DNA of 64,000 nt from Callorhinchus milii (lineage: Eukaryota), in the NCBI RefSeq assembly GCF_018977255.1, contig NW_024704742.1, forward strand, positions 36,086,001 through 36,150,000, given 5' to 3'. Each line of letters starts with the position of its first letter. The first letter of the stretch is position 1. The translations under genes were made by a program, and so were the position numbers. The notes under the pieces are model-generated. The model saw nothing but the letters and a program-made list of their open reading frames with translations, had not been told where the DNA came from and did not search any database. Shown piece after piece: positions 60,976 through 64,000 of this stretch.

Positions 60976-61589
60976 CAACAACAGGATAGCGTTCCAAAGC
61001 ACTTGATTATCATCACTTCTTTATTTAACTAGACTTGGTATCTGCGTAGAGTTCCAAAATGCTGGCCACAGTATGTCCTGGATTTATTAGTTATACATTC
61101 TTATATAGCTCCTGTAATTCAGATCACAATTAGTGTATGTGGGTGTAGGGGTCAGTGCAGTGAGTGCCACTAGAATGTCCATAAGATGGGGTGGGAAGAT
61201 TTTGCATCTCTCTCTGGCAATCAACCAAAGTTATAGTCCTTTTAATCTGATAATGATCAGAAATCGCAGCTGGTCGGCAAAATCTAAGCGTTCCTCCACG
61301 CTGTTAACGTTTATCACTTAATGGGAGTGGATTTTTCAATTAACCTCCAGAAATGTTATTGGCACCTGACAAAGCGCACCAGCCAACCCTGCGACAATCA
61401 CTAATCGATGAGAAGCCCAGCAGAGCACAACAGCAAAAAGAAAGAATAAAGCATGTCACATTAGCTAAAAGGCAAAAGCAGAAATTAAATCAAATCATTC
61501 AAGAAAAGTGTGCGCAAATGCTAGCAAAAAGGTTTGCTATTTAACTTGGAAAACTTCAGTATTGATTTTCAGCATTAATGAATGGATTA

Positions 61590-62262
61590 AAGAATGGTTA
61601 GGAAACTGAAAATAAAGTTTGGAGTTAAGGAGCTACGGTGTCAAAATTTGCAGATGACACCCAACTGAGGTGGGGGCATGGTAAACAGTGATGATGAATT
61701 ACAGATGAATACAGGAAGACATAAACAGACTAGCAGAATGGCAGACAGATGGCAAATCAAAACACAAAATACTGCAGATGCTGGAACCTGAAACAAAAAC
61801 AGAGAGAGCTGGAAACATTCAGCAAGTCAGGCAGCATCTATGGAGAAAGGAAAGTGAGTCAACGTTTCAGGCCCATGACCATCAGATGAAGGGTTGTGGA
61901 CCCGAAACGTTGACTCACTTTCCTTTCTCTATAGATGCTGCCTGACCTGCTGAGTTTTCCCAGCTCTCTTTGTTTTTGTTTCAGATGGCAAATCAAGTTT
62001 AATATAGGAAAATATAAAGCAATTCACTTTGGCAGGAAAAATAAAGAAGATGTCCACAGGTGGTAGGAACACAAGAGGAAGCAGAGATCTGTGGATTCAG
62101 ATCCACTAGACTCCAGAAGTAGCTACATAAGTAGATACGGCTATAGGGCTATAATAAAAATAGTGTTTGAGGCTTTATATCCAGAGGGATAGAATATAAA
62201 AGTGAGGAGGTGTTGTTGAATTTGTACAAAACCTCGGTTAGACCACATTTGGAGACCTGAGT
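61590..62262 (+). mobile_element. Old CR1 RT fragment, interrupted by a PLE remnant
   Basis: AAATTTGCAGATGACACC (KFADDT) and TTGTACAAAACCTCGGTTAGACCACATTTGGAG (LYKTSVRPHLE). Confidence 0.85.
61761..61981. mobile_element. Palindromic PLE terminal-repeat remnant with two damaged hammerhead motifs
   Basis: Inverted arms of ~100 bp; perfect flanking repeat CAGATGGCAAATCAA (61746-61760 / 61982-61996). Confidence 0.92.
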
Positions 62263-62277
62263 CCAATTAATAATATA

Positions 62278-62592
62278 TAGTAATAATAATCCTTGCATTT
62301 GATATAGTGCTTTTCACGTCGGGCGGACGTCCCAAAGTGCTTCACAGAACACACTGTAAAGTGAATTGACTGTGTATTTGTGGGCGAACACGGCAGCCAA
62401 TTGCGCACAGCAATGTCCCACAAACAGTCATAGATTGAAAATGACCAATTTATTATTGTTTTTGGTTTTGGAGGGATTATTATTAGGCGTGTGGAGTAAG
62501 GAAACTTGCCCAAGGTTTCGCCCTGCCTGGAATTGAACTCAGGTCTCTCGCTTGCAAAGCGAGTGCTCTAACCACTGAACTACAGGACTCCA
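62278..62592 (-). mobile_element. SINE family A, full length (short variant)
   Basis: Minus-strand head GGAGTCCTGTAGTTCAGTGGTTAGAGCACTCGCTTTGCAAGCGAGAGACCTGAGTTCAATTCC. Confidence 0.95.
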
Positions 62593-63369
62593 CAATTCTG
62601 ATCGCCACACGATAAGAAGGATATAGCAGAGCCACGAGTGCTACTGAATCAGAGGTAAGAGAGTTCCTGTACTGAATCAGGCTTTCATATTTTGCCAACT
62701 TTCAAAAATCTTACTTCCCAAATATCATGTAACAACAGAACACTAGACTTTTACCCAGTTATTCTTTTCAAAAAGCCATAGGATATTGTGGTCCATTTCA
62801 TAAGTATACTGACCCAAAATAAATGCTATTGTTTATCAAGGTAACTAACATTGGTGGTCCATACACACAAAATTTTATGCAGCTACCATTACTTTAAACA
62901 TCACTTACAGGCACAACAACTCAAAAGATATTATTGTCTGCCAAAATTGGCAAGTACTAAATGAAGCTTGGAATGAAAGGTCACCAAAATAATCCTAAAT
63001 ATCTAAAAAACGTTAAGTAGTTTGAGAAATATGCAAGTTTGGTATCTGGTTGGAGGTTCGTGGTTTGTGGTTGTTGTCTTCCAAGAGCTATTTGGAAAGA
63101 AAAGTAATCCCTGCTGGATGACAAACTACAAAACTGCAGGACCAATGCAACGCTCCATCTGCAATCAGTATCCCAAGAGCTGTAAAAAAAAACTCAGTAG
63201 ATAGGAACACAGGAACAGGAAAAGGCCATTTGATATATTGAGCCCAGCCCGCTACAGACCATTCCTTGGCCCACCAAGGGAAAAATTTTCCCGTCCAAAT
63301 ATTTTTCTAATTTTCTCCCATTGGCGTACACTGGTCTGGCCTGCTCTTCCTGGAATGTGGTTCCAGGAC

Positions 63370-63655
63370 ACTGGCCATGAATGAGCCATGGCAGTGAGGA
63401 CCAGCAGGCTATGTGACTGTCGAGGGCATCTCAGACCAAGCCTGATCTCTCTTCACCCAGTTGCCACACATGCACAACCAGTACAAAGTGCTGTGGAAAG
63501 ACCAGGAGTAGAAACTGTCTGATTTTTCCCTCACTAACCCTAGGAAAGCCAATGTGAGCCTATCCTTGCAGCCCCAGCAATCTCAGCATAAAGCAGGATT
63601 CAAACCAATGAGTGCCTCGTTCGCAGACAGCAGCTCTATCCACTGCACCATCAGG
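63370..63655 (-). mobile_element. SINE family B
   Basis: GCAGGCTAT.TGACTG..GAGGGCATC.CAG...GATTTTTCCCTC...ATCTCAGCAT..AGCAGGATTCAAACC. Confidence 0.7.
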
Positions 63656-64000
63656 GATGCCCCGCTCTTTGAATGGTTTAAAGTGGCTGAAGCCACTCTG
63701 TGGTGTAGTTCTGAGTGAACCACACCATTAGATCTGCGGCATTATGTCATTTCAAAATAGCCCTACAGGATTTAACATATGGTCCAGTATTAATGTTTCA
63801 ATTTAGCAAACCACTTATGAGGAAAATGTAATTACCACAATCAGTAATATTTATTTGTTCCACTGTGTATTTGATGTCACTCTCTCTTGGTTTTCAAACC
63901 CTCTTTTATAAACTATGCGTTCCTAAAGCAGTGACGTAATGGGAGTACTAATAATGTGATTGAGCTATGGAGGGGAAAATTCTGCTCTTGATCACTATCT

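Overview
This is eukaryotic (vertebrate) genomic DNA, not prokaryotic. The repeat content (L2 LINEs with (TTG)n tails, CR1 LINEs, Deu-domain and tRNA-derived SINEs, Penelope-like terminal repeats) points to a cartilaginous fish; that is an inference, and I cannot name the species. The window reads as very long introns of an unidentified minus-strand gene. One well-supported 54-nt exon lies at 43258-43311 and a second candidate at 51238-51298 is tandemly duplicated. Nearly all long ORFs in the track are decayed L2/CR1 reverse-transcriptase or endonuclease fragments, or their antisense shadows. Most notable: (1) five short Penelope-like insertions carrying a minimal hammerhead ribozyme motif, four with visible target-site duplications and three sharing the same asymmetric inverted architecture; (2) an L2 with a GC-rich 5' region and a complete-looking endonuclease domain fused directly to its 3' tail, with no RT; (3) the frame-preserving duplication of the candidate exon; (4) modular SINE subfamilies and an unclassified ~150-bp repeat. 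No rRNA, true tRNA gene or CRISPR array was seen. Boundaries of old repeats are approximate because they were read by eye.
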